The notes under the pieces were generated by a model. The model had not been told where the DNA came from, searched no databases, and saw only the letters and a program-made list of their open reading frames with translations. A program made the translations under genes and the position numbers. From Sporopachydermia quercuum (lineage: Eukaryota), in NCBI GenBank assembly GCA_001599295.1, contig BCGN01000002.1, forward strand, positions 1,922,001 to 1,986,000: a DNA stretch of 64,000 bases. The letters are read 5' to 3'. This document shows positions 46,239 to 58,682 of this stretch, one piece after another; within the stretch, counting starts at the first letter, position 1, and each line of letters opens with the position of its first letter.

Positions 46239-48954
46239 TGATGAAAAAAGGGTTCTAATAATTGCTTTATACTGATTACCTTTTATTCAATAGACCCTTT
46301 TTGTCACAACAATTGCTGGACGGACACATACTACAGTAATTTGATTCACACGAGAACCATCATCAACACGATGAAAATAGGATCAACATACTCTAGTTCA
46401 TTGATTATTCCAGAAAGTATTTTAGATATACTGTAAATTCTTTACAATCGTCTATAAGGATGAAGTTTTGGTTTATTTGGTATTATATATGCGCATTAGA
46501 AACTGAATCTAAGAACCAGAAGAATCAAAGCAAGGATGATTGATCTATCTATTTCAAAGAATGATTGATTCTCGTTCAATCGAAACAAATGTCAATTGAA
46601 TAAGTCAGTATTAGTTCTGAACTGACGAAGTAACTAAATCGAATTAGTCAAATAATCTGGAAATTGCCTTGTATCTATATAATATATATTCTATTTAANA
46701 CCTAGTAGTAGTACCTGATTTCTTATCAAGAAGCGAATGAGTATTGAAATTTTTCATGACGTATGGTTACAGGTTTTACGACATTTTTCACCATATTTCT
46801 ATAATTGTATGGAAGCCCTTAATTCGTCAACAATAGCAGTACTTCCCCACCAACCGCAAGAATAAGGTACCAATATTCAGTTATCGAGCTAGCAAATACG
46901 TTCATAATATTAGTTTTCATACTCAATACTGAATCAATGAACATTAAATCATGACAGCGGAAGAAGACATCATCTAGAGCAAATCAGGTGAATCTGATAT
47001 CAATTTGATGGGTGGCGAGAAAACAGAATATCAAACTTTATTCTAATGTACGGAAGAAAGCATGTATATACATGCAGACATTCGAGAACTTGCATATTCA
47101 AGCAGTACTAACAAAAACGGAGATAAATGATAAATTTCAATGGGTGGAGTTCAAACATGTTGAAACACCAAAGTCCGAACAAATTAAATATTGTAGAATA
47201 AACGTCTGAACAATGCAATAGATTAGTGGACCCTGGTGAAAAGTTAGGTTTTTTTATTGTAAGTTATTGAATTCGATTAAGATGAAGAAAATCGGGTCAT
47301 AGAGGAGAAAAATTTTATTCGTAGTCCACCATCTTTCTTGGTTGGTATAGGTAGTGGGGGTGAGGCTCAATTGAAAGAGGATAATAACACGACCAATTTA
47401 ACACTTCTGACAAGAGTTCTATGATTTTGAAGTGGAGAAGAATGAAATACGACGATAAAGATAAATTATAAGAACACCCACTCTTCCATCTTTGAAGAGC
47501 GAATTAGAAAATGCGAATTGATGCTGAAATTCTTGAGTTGTAAGGAAACAGACACAAGAACCGTTTGATCACCTACTTTCTCAGTACTAGTTAGTGATCA
47601 ACCACTAAACCAGACACTAAATTGTCCACTTACTTTGTTTTATTCATCCGCGAGAGTAATTAATTCAAACCATTTTTCTATTAACTTAACTTGACTAGAA
47701 CATTAGTCATGTACCATGTTTATACATCCTAATTAATTCAATACAATCAATCAATCAATCACCTTTTCTTGAACTTTACCTTTCTATTCAATAAATTTTC
47801 AATTTCGCTTATGGGCTTTGCATCAGATCATTATCAGTACAAATTTCGCCACAATACCTAAACTTTGTTCTTTTTTTGCCTTCAATTCGAACCCTGACCC
47901 AATCCAACATTCAAAACCCGAGGTATATCATTCATATATTCAATTTATCGACGCTGATAGTTATATAAGCTCAATTTCCTGGTTTTATACCCAAATCTTC
48001 TAGCTGATTGATTTAAAAAGGAGAATTAATATCTTATAAGCAGTAAAACGAACATATAGAAATCAATTGCATAATAAATATTGTGTACAGCCATAGCAAT
48101 CAGGTCCCACTGAAACCAAAGATCTCTAACTCTACTTTTAAACTCACTAAGTACACGAACCTTAATTCCAAATCTCTATAAACTAGCCACAATCCTTATT
48201 TCGAATTCTGTGGACAAAACATTCCCTCTCTTGATAATTGGTTCAGTTCGCCCTTTTGCATTGAGGTTGTTTGAGGACTACTTCTGCTTTATACGATATT
48301 TAGGGGAAGGAGTAAAAGATAGTCAAAAGGTCAAAATTACCATTGAAAGAAGTCGTATTGATATAATATTGTGTATCAGAAGAGATAATAAAGGTTTTTT
48401 TGGATTATCATTGAAGATTTGTTTTCAGAGGAAAACAGTTGTATTGTGAATTTTCTATTGTGGGCAAGTCGAAATTTTGCTATCCCCCAGCTCCGGTCGA
48501 ATTATCACACTAGTTTTTCGTTCGAGGCTTATAGGTATCATCAATAAAGGAAGACTCCATAATAGGAATCGGCGAGAGAAACATTGGATTATATTTTGTT
48601 AATTGTTCACTATTTACTCCTATAGCTGCTCAGTTCTCGGAGGTCAATAACTATCATCATTCATTTTGCCTCTTGAAGGATAGAAGTTTCTTAGTTATAA
48701 ACATCGATTAGACGTTTAAAGAACATCAAGAAGGTGATCTCAGCAATCACTACAAAGACAACAAGAATTTATATTGTTGTTTTAATCAATCATCAATCTT
48801 GCCTGCTTTCGAGGTTCTTTCGTGAAAAAAGTTATATCCAGCCCAAGAACGTATGTTTATGTTTGGAAGGTTATAGCTATTTTTGCATTAAATAGCATTA
48901 AAAGGAGTGTTAAGTAGGAGATTTAAAGTGAAAGACAAAGGAGTGAGTGTGAGA

Positions 48955-51168
48955 ATGAGAGATTCAAATTTCAAAGTCGTTTCTGCTAATAAAGCAGCAA
49001 TCACGTTAACATCATCATTATATGATCGTAGAGCCTTGGATTGCTCTTCTGACCAACCACTTGTTACATCATTAAATCACTTGACTTACTTAGTCTCATC
49101 GTCAACTAAAGTCAGAGAAGCACTTTGTAATGATGGTGGTATTGAAAGATTAGTTGATATCTTGAAAGAGTGCAATGCTTTTGATTGCTCTGAAAAGATT
49201 TTAAGGGGTTGGAAATGGACATTATCATTTCAATGTTTACTTGTCGTGGGGACACGAGGAACAGAAGCCACAAGGAAAAGATTAGTAGAAGCAGGAATCG
49301 TTCCCATATTAACAACAATCCTTGACAACTTTTTAATCACCATGAATGCACAACAGGTGGCAACAACAATAAAACACACAGATAAAAGTTTCGATAACAA
49401 GTTTGCTGAAGACTTTCCAGTTGTCGATCAACATTCGCATGATTCTTGTCATATCCTAGTGAGTAATAATTTTAACAGAGAGAACATATCGAGCAGCCCA
49501 AGAAACTTATCAGCCTCGCAACCTTCATTAGATGCCTCAACCACTAGCTCTATTTTCCCCTCCAGCCATTCACAACCATCTAGCTATCAAAGTAATTTGA
49601 ATGGCGTTTATGAATCAGCCCTCAACACAGTTTCACGTACCATATCTAGATTCCTAGACTCCTCAGGTAACAACAGCTTGACTCATAGATCAGAAGGCAG
49701 CTCCGATGATGAGGATCCATCAGTCAGATCAAAAGACGCTACAGAGGATTTAGACATGCTTGATATTGACGGACCAACAAGCCAGGGTAGTTTCAATGAC
49801 GTGAACTCCAATATGGATGGCATGCTCACCAATTTGCAATCACCATCAACATCACAGGAGATACATCCAAGACACTTTAATTACTGGCTTCAAACTGCTT
49901 CGATGAACGATCCATACTCATTACTGGAAATGATTTCGACTTCAAACTCTGTTGTACCATCAGCTGAGTATCCTTCCTTTCAACCAACAGATGCTATTGG
50001 AGAGACAGATTCTTTCACTATTTTTCTTGATAGAGTTAGTTCTTCTCGCGATGCAAAAGCTATGGAAACTTCCCCTCGGTTGTTTCGACATGGCGTTCTA
50101 ATTCCAAAGGAAGAAGATGCATTGTGGGCACTGCAGTTACTAGCATTTATCTCAAAGTATGCCTACTTAAGATCCTACTTAGAACAATCATACATTATTC
50201 CTTCTATGAGTTTAAGATCTCAATGCTCACAACATGAGTTGAGTAGTTATGATATTGACTACATTGAACTTAAGAGTTCAAGTAATACGAAGATGAGAAA
50301 TACTGTTAAGAATTGTGGTGAAAGGAAAGAGGAGGTAAGAATATCAGAAGCATGTGTAACCAAATTCGCTAAGATGAGATGTGATACAAAACATGGAGGT
50401 AACTCGGAATCATCAGATCCAACAATGAGCATAAACATAGACCAAGAAAGGTTAACGGAGATGTTTTTATCTACACAGCATTCTTTTCCTGATACTTTTG
50501 AAGAACTTTTAAATCACTTCAGAAAAGAGAACTGCTTGAAAGTTGTCGAAATCATCAGAAACTGCGAAATGAAAAGACAAGAAAAAGATGCCGAGGAAAA
50601 GGAACTGTTTAATTATGACCACTATAATTTTGATATCGATAACCAAGAAAATGATTTTGATTTGAATGAAGAATATCGCCAAGCTCGAATTAATGTCTTT
50701 CCTGTGGTTGAGAAGTTTACAGTGAAAAGCAAATCATCAGAATATCAATATTGGGCCGGTGTTACAATGAGGAACTCTTGTAGGAAAGATGAAACACGCG
50801 GAGGTGTCAGGCAATGCGCTTGTTTTGATTGCGGNAAATGGGAAGAACATCCAAAGCAATTTGCAAAATGTCGAAGATGTAAGCGAACAAAGTACTGCTC
50901 TAAAGAGTGTCAACTTAAAGCTTGGAACTATCATAGACATTGGTGTTATCCTTCCGGTTTCTCGTCCACAAGTTCGAGCTCGTCATCTGCCAATAATCTC
51001 CCTCCGGCGCAAAGTAATCCAGATCCTACCAGAGAGTCTCCTGAAGATGTCACTGACGAAATGGCACACATCATCCCAAGTACAACGAGGTTCGCCGCAG
51101 CCGAATCTAGTTTGAACGGTAATCGAGTTCCAAATCCATCAACTGTTTCCGAAACAATGGATGGTTAA
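48955..51168 (+). CDS. MUB1: MYND zinc-finger protein Mub1/SamB
   Basis: 'MRDSNF', 'TLTSSLYDRRALDC', 'YWAGVTMRNSCRKD', MYND 'CACFDC...CRRCKRTKYCSKECQLKAWNYHRHWC'. Confidence 0.95.
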   Translation: MRDSNFKVVSANKAAITLTSSLYDRRALDCSSDQPLVTSLNHLTYLVSSSTKVREALCNDGGIERLVDILKECNAFDCSEKILRGWKWTLSFQCLLVVGTRGTEATRKRLVEAGIVPILTTILDNFLITMNAQQVATTIKHTDKSFDNKFAEDFPVVDQHSHDSCHILVSNNFNRENISSSPRNLSASQPSLDASTTSSIFPSSHSQPSSYQSNLNGVYESALNTVSRTISRFLDSSGNNSLTHRSEGSSDDEDPSVRSKDATEDLDMLDIDGPTSQGSFNDVNSNMDGMLTNLQSPSTSQEIHPRHFNYWLQTASMNDPYSLLEMISTSNSVVPSAEYPSFQPTDAIGETDSFTIFLDRVSSSRDAKAMETSPRLFRHGVLIPKEEDALWALQLLAFISKYAYLRSYLEQSYIIPSMSLRSQCSQHELSSYDIDYIELKSSSNTKMRNTVKNCGERKEEVRISEACVTKFAKMRCDTKHGGNSESSDPTMSINIDQERLTEMFLSTQHSFPDTFEELLNHFRKENCLKVVEIIRNCEMKRQEKDAEEKELFNYDHYNFDIDNQENDFDLNEEYRQARINVFPVVEKFTVKSKSSEYQYWAGVTMRNSCRKDETRGGVRQCACFDCXKWEEHPKQFAKCRRCKRTKYCSKECQLKAWNYHRHWCYPSGFSSTSSSSSSANNLPPAQSNPDPTRESPEDVTDEMAHIIPSTTRFAAAESSLNGNRVPNPSTVSETMDG

Positions 51169-51905
51169 ACTAATGATTTAATGACCAATTCATACTAACG
51201 TTTACGCATGCTAATTCAACGTTTGATTGCATTAATTACTGCTAAACTTTCTTCATGAACTACATTCTGCATCTCTAAGGGTTTNATTATTTAGTTTTCG
51301 TGTGTCATGTTCGGATGCTGTTATTCTTCATTTTTTCTTTCTTTTTCTTCCTGTTATGTTTTTTTATTATATTGGAATCATCAATATTTTTCTTGGCATT
51401 TCTCAGTTTTCTGAACTAATTTTCGATATCACTAATACTTATTGTCGCTCTTATTTATTTACTCATTTTTGTTTTATTTATTTTATCTGGTTTTCGTTTA
51501 CTTTTTATTTATTTTGTATTCATTCAAAACATTATTGACGGGTTTTGGCATAGTTTCAGCCAGTGGTTTCGGTTTTGATGGTGAAATGGTTGAACAGTAT
51601 AATATCACGGTGGGTTAGATTCCATAATGGAAAATCTAATGCAAATAAAGCAGATTTATTATATGACCTTGTTTGTTTTCTAGTAAACTATCTATAAAAA
51701 GCTCGTTGATTGAATAGTGAGAACGTGATCGAATTGTTTATCTATCATAGATAAAGCGAAGAGTTCTTATGACTCTGCTTGAGCTACAATCTATGTTTGG
51801 TCACTGCAACGAGCAATACACACAAACAGAGCCCATAGGTTTTCAGCATACAATTACTATCGAATCACCAAACTTCTATTACAACTGAGAAGCNCATCGA
51901 TATTC

Positions 51906-52847
51906 TTAATACAACCTTTCGATATTTCTTATCCATTTCATGGTTTGTTCCATGAACATTAGAGTCAAGATTGTGTGAGGACCGATTCTCAATAAATGAG
52001 CCAGGAAACCTTTATACAATGCAAACACACCTTCCGTTCGAACAGTTTTCTTCAAACAATCGAAAGGTCCAGAATATAAATTACCCCGTTGATTATACAC
52101 TCTTGTCAATAAAACATCCCAAGGGTTCATAACTATAGCTACACCCACACCAGAAGCAGCAGATGCAACGAGGTGTTTCAACGGACCTTCGTCTATCAAT
52201 TGATACCTTTCAATTGTATGCTTTACCCATGTATAAATAGGTAGTTGAACAGAAGAACCTGCACCTGTTCTTAGAATAGCTGCATCAACACCACGATATA
52301 ATCCTTTAAATCCTTCTGCTTTATAGATAGTGGAGAGACCATCCCAAATCGATGTATAATGCGTTTGTTGACCAATTTGAAACATTGGTGAGTAAGATTG
52401 CATTCGAGTCTTTATCAGATAAAATGGTGATCCTGTGACTGCTCCCATAATACCAGACACAGCACCAGCTACAACATTCAATGGAATATTCTGTAATTTG
52501 GTTGAATCTTCGTCAGGAAATACAAGCTCATTCAATATATTCCTAGTAGGTTCATAAANACCTAATCGACAACCATTCAAGCCAATTTGATAGATATAAG
52601 CAGCAAGCAATCCTTTCTGCAGACCTCTGACACCTTCGTTTTTATAAATAACATGCATAGCTTGAAATGGGCCTCTATATATCAATTTAACGTTTTCCCT
52701 TGCTGCTAGTTCACCCTGCAATTGCATTCTAGTCTTAACCAGTTCAATAGGATTAGTAATTGTTACTGCTCCACAGGCCGCCAGAGCACCAGCAATGAAC
52801 CCACCAGTTGTGCTGATGGAATTGTTATCTTTTTCTGATTTCGACAT
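51906..52847 (-). CDS. OAC1: Mitochondrial oxaloacetate/sulfate carrier Oac1
   Basis: Three carrier repeats; 'NPIELVKTRMQLQGEL', 'YQIGLNGCRLG', 'LRTGAGSSVQLP'. Confidence 0.96.
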   Translation of the reverse strand: MSKSEKDNNSISTTGGFIAGALAACGAVTITNPIELVKTRMQLQGELAARENVKLIYRGPFQAMHVIYKNEGVRGLQKGLLAAYIYQIGLNGCRLGXYEPTRNILNELVFPDEDSTKLQNIPLNVVAGAVSGIMGAVTGSPFYLIKTRMQSYSPMFQIGQQTHYTSIWDGLSTIYKAEGFKGLYRGVDAAILRTGAGSSVQLPIYTWVKHTIERYQLIDEGPLKHLVASAASGVGVAIVMNPWDVLLTRVYNQRGNLYSGPFDCLKKTVRTEGVFALYKGFLAHLLRIGPHTILTLMFMEQTMKWIRNIERLY

Positions 52848-54047
52848 CGCAAAAATACTATCAACAAATCTTTCTTTCCAGCTGTTTATTTCTTTGAGAG
52901 TAATAAATGTACTAGTAGATTGACGCTTTCACCTACAACTGAGATATATAAGTTGGAAGAGCCTTCAAAATGCTTACAATGGTTCCGATGGGTGCAATAA
53001 GTCTTGCAACGAAACTATCACCAATCCAACCAAATCCTATCAAATAACTAAACCGCCAGCTAAATACCAGCAATAAAATACAGTATCAGGTTTTCTTATT
53101 AAAGCTTTCACGAGGGCTCAACATACAATGGTTATGCTATGCCCGTTGCTTTCTAACAACCAATATAATTTGGACTCTTGCTTTTCTATGACATATAATT
53201 ATGCGGGCAAGTATAATAATCCAATCTGCCCAAAATTTGCTCGGTGATTTCAACGTACTTTGATTAAATTGTCATAAATTGATATTCTGTTAGCTCTATT
53301 AATTATTTACTACGTTATTCATTTGAAAATAAAAGAATAGACAGAAAAGAAATGTTGGAAAGTTAATCGGAAAGTTTCGAAATTTCACTTTCAAAAAATC
53401 TATACTTCAAATTGCCGATAACGACAAATGAAGGAGATGATGATGGGATGGAAGCCGTAAAGGATCATGTAGCTACTAAAGGAAAGGCTTGTGTGAATAT
53501 TCAGCATTATAGAGCTTTCCAGATATTATTATAACTAGGAGGTTCTTTTTCGACAGCATATCATTATTTAATAGATTTATTGGGGATATGATGAGAATGA
53601 TAGGCAGTAGAGGGAAATGAAGCGGAGGAGGTTTACTATGCAAAAATATGCAAGATGTATGCAAAATTTGCACTTGGGAAGGCAGACTTAATACTGGGAG
53701 CTAAGTTTTAGAGGTTGGAGGTATGATTATTTGCAGTAAACGTCTGAGGAAAAACAGCTCAGATAGAATCAACTCTGAGTTTTTGATCAATCCTACCAAA
53801 TATAACTTGAGGGCAACTTGTGATTAAGGACTGAGGATGATGACTGATGATGCATGATCGAGTGCATACATAGCAATCCGTATTAATGCATACAGATAAA
53901 GACATGCAAATCTTCTCAAGAGGCTCTTCCAAAGGTGTACATTGTTCGTGCAGTTATTACTTATAATTTGAATTAATCCTACGGCGAACTTTCAATTTAC
54001 ATAAATTCAATTGTAATGCAACCTAATCTACCGATTGACATACAAGA

Positions 54048-55023
54048 TTAAGAACCAGCCATGTTTCTAATAACCTCAGAGTGTAATGTCCTTTCCTGGG
54101 TGACTTCTGACAAAGCTACAGGAGATCTCAAATCACCGACTATATCCCTGGTTTTTCCAAAATAAACCTCCTGAAGCATATTTCGAAGTTTTGATTCAAT
54201 ATCTTCAATAATGGTTCCCAAATTGATAATGTGGGAGCTAGAGTTATCAACGGATACCCTTTTCTCTGTTTGACGAGTAAGATTACCACTGAGATCTAAA
54301 GCTGTAGAAGAGACAGAGGAAGATAAATCTAAAATAATTGTTGATGTCACCTTATAACTAACAGTGCCTCTTCCTTCCGGATTGACTTCAAATACATGAA
54401 TACTATCCCACGAGCCACCGTTATTGGAGTCTAACGTCTTCTTTATCAAGACAACACCAGCAAAAGAATAATCAACCAAAGCTTTTTCATAGTCATCTCC
54501 ATCTCCTCCAGATTCATCTAAATCCCATAAATAAACACTTGACACACCTCCTTCATAATATGACTCTCGATATAAATCAAACGAATCATTCATATGTTTT
54601 TCCAGTCTTCTCAAATTATGACTTGGATATGGACATTCATCATCCCCTTCTGATGGCGCTGGAGTGTAAGTATTAGTCCAAGGACTTCTGTAGGAGTCTC
54701 CATCGCGATTATAATCACAAATAAGATATGGCTTGTTGACTTTTGAATCTGATTTGATTATTAATGGTTGATCAATAGAAGACAATAGGTCTTCTGCAAT
54801 ATCCGATGACAACTGACATAATGAAGTCAAATTCTCTCCGATGTTTTTTGGACTAAGCCTTCTAAGAAGGTCTAATGATGCATCAAGCGAGTCTTCAGCC
54901 TATAAGCACAAATGTTAGTTAAGCTGAGGAATTGCAGCGATTTGAAGAGCCAATTGAAGCAGGAAAGATTCAATTGAGAAGGAGGAGATCGGAATAGTTA
55001 TTGTAATCTCCACAACATACCAT
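54048..55023 (-). CDS. CAP2: F-actin capping protein beta subunit; ATG-only first exon (55023-55021) plus 54899-54048
   Basis: Intron 55020-54900 (GTATGT...ACTAAC...TAG) gives 'MAEDSLDASLDLLRRL'; 'CDYNRDGDSYRSPW', 'WDSIHV'. Confidence 0.95.
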
Positions 55024-55972
55024 GATAATAAGCACAGTCTACAGGCAGTATCAAAGGTGAGATCCTTATATAAGATTAATGTAAATCAACCAACTGATTG
55101 ATCAGTTTCAACGATCAAGATATCAAATGTAATGCCTGATCAATTGTAATTAATTGTAATAATAATTAGCTATTGATCAATGAGTACCATCTATACTAAG
55201 GAGTGAAGGGTGTCATTGAAAGTAGGACAAGATGTCGCTGATCAATATTAATGTCAGGACATATTAGNGTCTGATACAAAACAAGCAAGAAAGGAAGGGG
55301 TCGTACAGAGATAATCGTTCTGTTTCTAGAGAACTTATCAATAGGAGGTATTATAATAATGCTCCTATCAAAACTTACAGAAAGCTGTTGGAGAAACCAT
55401 TAAAGGGAATTGATTCAACTGGAAGAAATAATAATTTTACGAACCTTGTAGGGGTTGCATGGCAAAGGATTGAGCAGACTCCAAATCGACTCATAGTTCT
55501 GTCAACTCTTCTGACAATATCTTCAGAAGACCGAGCAGTGTAGCCCTTGCTGCGCTGGAGTCTACAACATCTGCAGAATTAGAAATTTGGATATAAATAG
55601 TATCTGATAAATAAGTCTGGATTACTCGAGTCTCCACAATAGCTAAATCTAAGAGACAAGTCTGTAATGAAGAATTTTTCATTCAATAGATGCTCTTCAA
55701 TTTACACAATATGTAAGTGCTACCACATGTAAAGTAATTGTCCCTTATAACTCTCCCCTATTATTGGACTCTCCTAGATTCGTCCTATTGATGATTATGT
55801 GTTGTTTTTCTCCATAAGTGCCATTAATTATTATATAGCTATCTATTGATATATAAGATGAATAATAAAGCAAGATAAGCACCTGGATAGTAGCTTATTT
55901 ATAGAAGAATAATATGTAACCAAATAGGTAATACTTAGATTTGAAATTGAAAGCCATTTGCAAAATATGTCA

Positions 55973-56060
55973 TCGGCAATAGTTTAGTGGCTAGAATTTC
56001 CGCCTGTCAGGACATTTGTTCAGCACGCGGGGGACCGGGGTTCAATTCCCCGTTGCCGAG
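55973..56060 (+). tRNA. tRNA-Asp(GTC) with 16-nt intron (56010-56025)
   Basis: Acceptor TCGGCAA/TTGCCGA plus G; anticodon arm TCCGC-CT-GTC-A[intron]C-GCGGG; T arm CGGGG-TTCAATT-CCCCG; T-run downstream. Confidence 0.93.
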
Positions 56061-56355
56061 TTCTTTTTATTTTTATTATTAACTTATAATTTTTCATTAT
56101 TGTACTGACTTCTATGTTTTTGAGTCTCTATTACCGCCTAGGTATTAGTTAGATATAAACAAATGATACTAAACTTTCAAATAGCTAATTGTATACCTTC
56201 TATAAGTATTTATTGAGTACTAAAGGAGTTCGTGTGCAAATGATTTTCATGGGTGTTCTTATTTCTTATCACTACCTCCTAACTACCTCCCAGACCAAAT
56301 TCAGTGAACATATTTATTAAGTTTTTTATTCTCTCATCTACTATACTGAACACTG

Positions 56356-57609
56356 TTATAATTTTGCCAAAGATTGCTTATAGTCTGAGTTGTTATAAAT
56401 AGTAGAGTATACTGCTGTTTCTGTAGCCAAGTAACTATTGAAACATGGCTCATCATAGCAAGGAAGAACATGGGAAGCCCATACTCCAGCTATTCCTGAT
56501 TTACGATCAATCCAATAATAGATATTAGTCAATCCACACCAAAAACAACTGCCTGGAGGCTTTCCTGAAGGCGTTTGATCATTGTAAATAAGAAAGGTCA
56601 AACCCCAGCCTGCATCAACACCAGGAAATATGTCAAAGCTTCTTGATGCTATGGGATTAGCAGAGTCAAGATGCCTAAGAATTTTCACTCCCTGGGCTGG
56701 TAAATGATCTGATGTAGCCAGTTCAATTGTCTCCTTCTGCAAGATAACGTTTCCGGTTTCTATACAAACACCATCATTGAGCCACATTCTAAGAAACTTC
56801 ATATAATCTTTTATAGTTCCATATAATCCATGCCCACCATGTTGTAATTCAGGGTTCAGAGGGTACTTATCCCTGGTGGGAATAAGTTTCTTATCGGCAA
56901 CTCTCATATGCACTGTGACTTGTCTTTTTTGATATTCCTCATCACGCATAAACCGGAAAGATGTAATGGAAAGTGGCTTGAATATGCGTTCTGTACAATA
57001 TTCTTCAGGTGTTAAACCTGTTGCTCCTTCTAAGACTAAACCTAACCAATCTATATTGATTCCATAGAACCATCTACTGCCAGGATCAAATAATAGAGGC
57101 GCAATTATAGAGTCTCTTTTACCTGTGGTAAGATTGGGTTTCCCTGTTGCTTTCTGTAGCTTCATGTACTCTTCACTGTAGAAAGGGTATGCTAAGCCCG
57201 TGGTATGGGTCATCAATTGAAGTATAGTTATATCGGATTTAGGTGCCCTTAATATGGGCTCACCATTACTGTCAAATCCTTCAATAACTTTCAACTCTGA
57301 AATCTCAGGAACGAACTTCTTCGCTGAATCACTCAATTTTAGTACTCCCTTCTCCATAAGTTGAAGAATTGCAACACCGATCACAATCTTAGTACAAGAG
57401 AAGAAGGGATAGATAATGTCTCCCGTTAAAGGTTCATTTTTTCCTATTGTTTTGGTACCAAAGAACCCTGAATAAATATCTTCATTCTTATCGGTCACAT
57501 AGGCTGTAATGCCAGGTATATTATTTGGGTTTGCGGTTGATTTTTTCAACACTTCATCAATCTTCTTTTTGATTTCTGCTCGTTGCTTAGCGTTCACTTC
57601 AATTGTCAT
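56356..57609 (-). CDS. Beta-lactamase-fold serine esterase (family VIII/EstB-like) with C-terminal PTS1
   Basis: SxxK 'FSCTK', 'LMTHTTGL', 'PLLFDPGSRWFYGINIDW', 'GGHGLY', 'FWCGLTNIYYWIDR'; ends in -AKL. Confidence 0.9.
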   Translation of the reverse strand: MTIEVNAKQRAEIKKKIDEVLKKSTANPNNIPGITAYVTDKNEDIYSGFFGTKTIGKNEPLTGDIIYPFFSCTKIVIGVAILQLMEKGVLKLSDSAKKFVPEISELKVIEGFDSNGEPILRAPKSDITILQLMTHTTGLAYPFYSEEYMKLQKATGKPNLTTGKRDSIIAPLLFDPGSRWFYGINIDWLGLVLEGATGLTPEEYCTERIFKPLSITSFRFMRDEEYQKRQVTVHMRVADKKLIPTRDKYPLNPELQHGGHGLYGTIKDYMKFLRMWLNDGVCIETGNVILQKETIELATSDHLPAQGVKILRHLDSANPIASRSFDIFPGVDAGWGLTFLIYNDQTPSGKPPGSCFWCGLTNIYYWIDRKSGIAGVWASHVLPCYDEPCFNSYLATETAVYSTIYNNSDYKQSLAKL

Positions 57610-58518
57610 TGCGATGATTTTTTTCGAATGCTCAAACCAAGACCAACTTTGCTTGTTGAGGTTCTATGAATTATGTTAGCAATAAGACTCGGTTTTTAAT
57701 GGATGAATGAGTGAATGTTACGCTGCAAATTATAAGTAAAATAATTTCACGACAAGATGGACACATAATATACGTACTTCTGTTTCAAAATAGCTCCTGC
57801 TGTTTTTCTATGCTGGAGGCAGAAAGGGTTGATGTAAGTATAAAGAAACCCCACAGAAAGATAATTGATCCGAGGCTTAAGCAATCAAAGTTTAAGTTGA
57901 CAAGCAGTTTCTCTGCACATTTTAGTTTGAGTTAAAGTTGAGTTTCTAAGGCAGGCAGAATTCTACTGTTTTTGTTGAAAATAGTAACGGTGATTTGATT
58001 TAAATCAGCAGCTTATTTGAGGAAACAACAAGAAATAAAAGTCAGATATGCCCAATTGAGTTTTATTCAATTATTGTTTATTGAATGCTGAGAAGCATTC
58101 TTTCTCTTACTCCACGGTTTCATTATCCAGTTTGAGTTTCTTAGAAATTGCAAACCTTGTTTTCGACTTGAAAGCTTAAAAGCTTCTTTGCATATTTATA
58201 CAGATCTCGTTCTACAGAAAGCGATCCATTCGAAATATAACAATAGTCATTGTCAATTTAAATAGCAAATAGAATAGATAATAAATAACCGAAACATTAC
58301 ACATATAATCACCAGCTTTCCTTCTTTATCCTCAGAAACCATTTGTTAACTTCCTTCACCCGTGTTTGGACAAATAAAGAAACTAATAAACTCACAAACC
58401 AATTATTTCTATACAGCAAAAAAACTGTATCTAACCAGAGGTTATTACGAACGTTTGTTCCCTTATTTTATGAACAAACATAAATCTCCAATTTCATAAT
58501 CACAACCCAGAATAAATA

Positions 58519-58566
58519 TAAATAAATAAATAAATAAATNAATAATAAAAATAAATAAATAAATAA
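58519..58566. repeat. Imperfect (TAAA)n microsatellite
   Basis: Run of TAAA units in the NAD kinase 3' region. Confidence 0.8.
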
Positions 58567-58682
58567 GCAAATCAATAGCATAATAACTGTATCACACTAT
58601 TGAATTGAGATCAGTTCTTGACAAACTAAATGTCAGTATTGACTGCGTCAATTCATGAGCATTATCTAATACCATGCCAGCT

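Noticed and set aside
46460..46700. 'VYLVLYM...FQRMID...ISQ' resembling copia RT near tRNA-Ser
   Set aside because: The catalytic DD and downstream motifs are not recoverable; too few matches to call by eye. Worth including in a profile search.
48851..48917. GTATGT upstream of MUB1 as a 5' intron donor
   Set aside because: No credible branch point before the candidate AG.
55386..55568. TGTTG...CAACA segment upstream of tRNA-Asp as a solo LTR
   Set aside because: Only about 180 bp, with no target-site duplication (AAAGC vs TCTGC) and no second copy seen.
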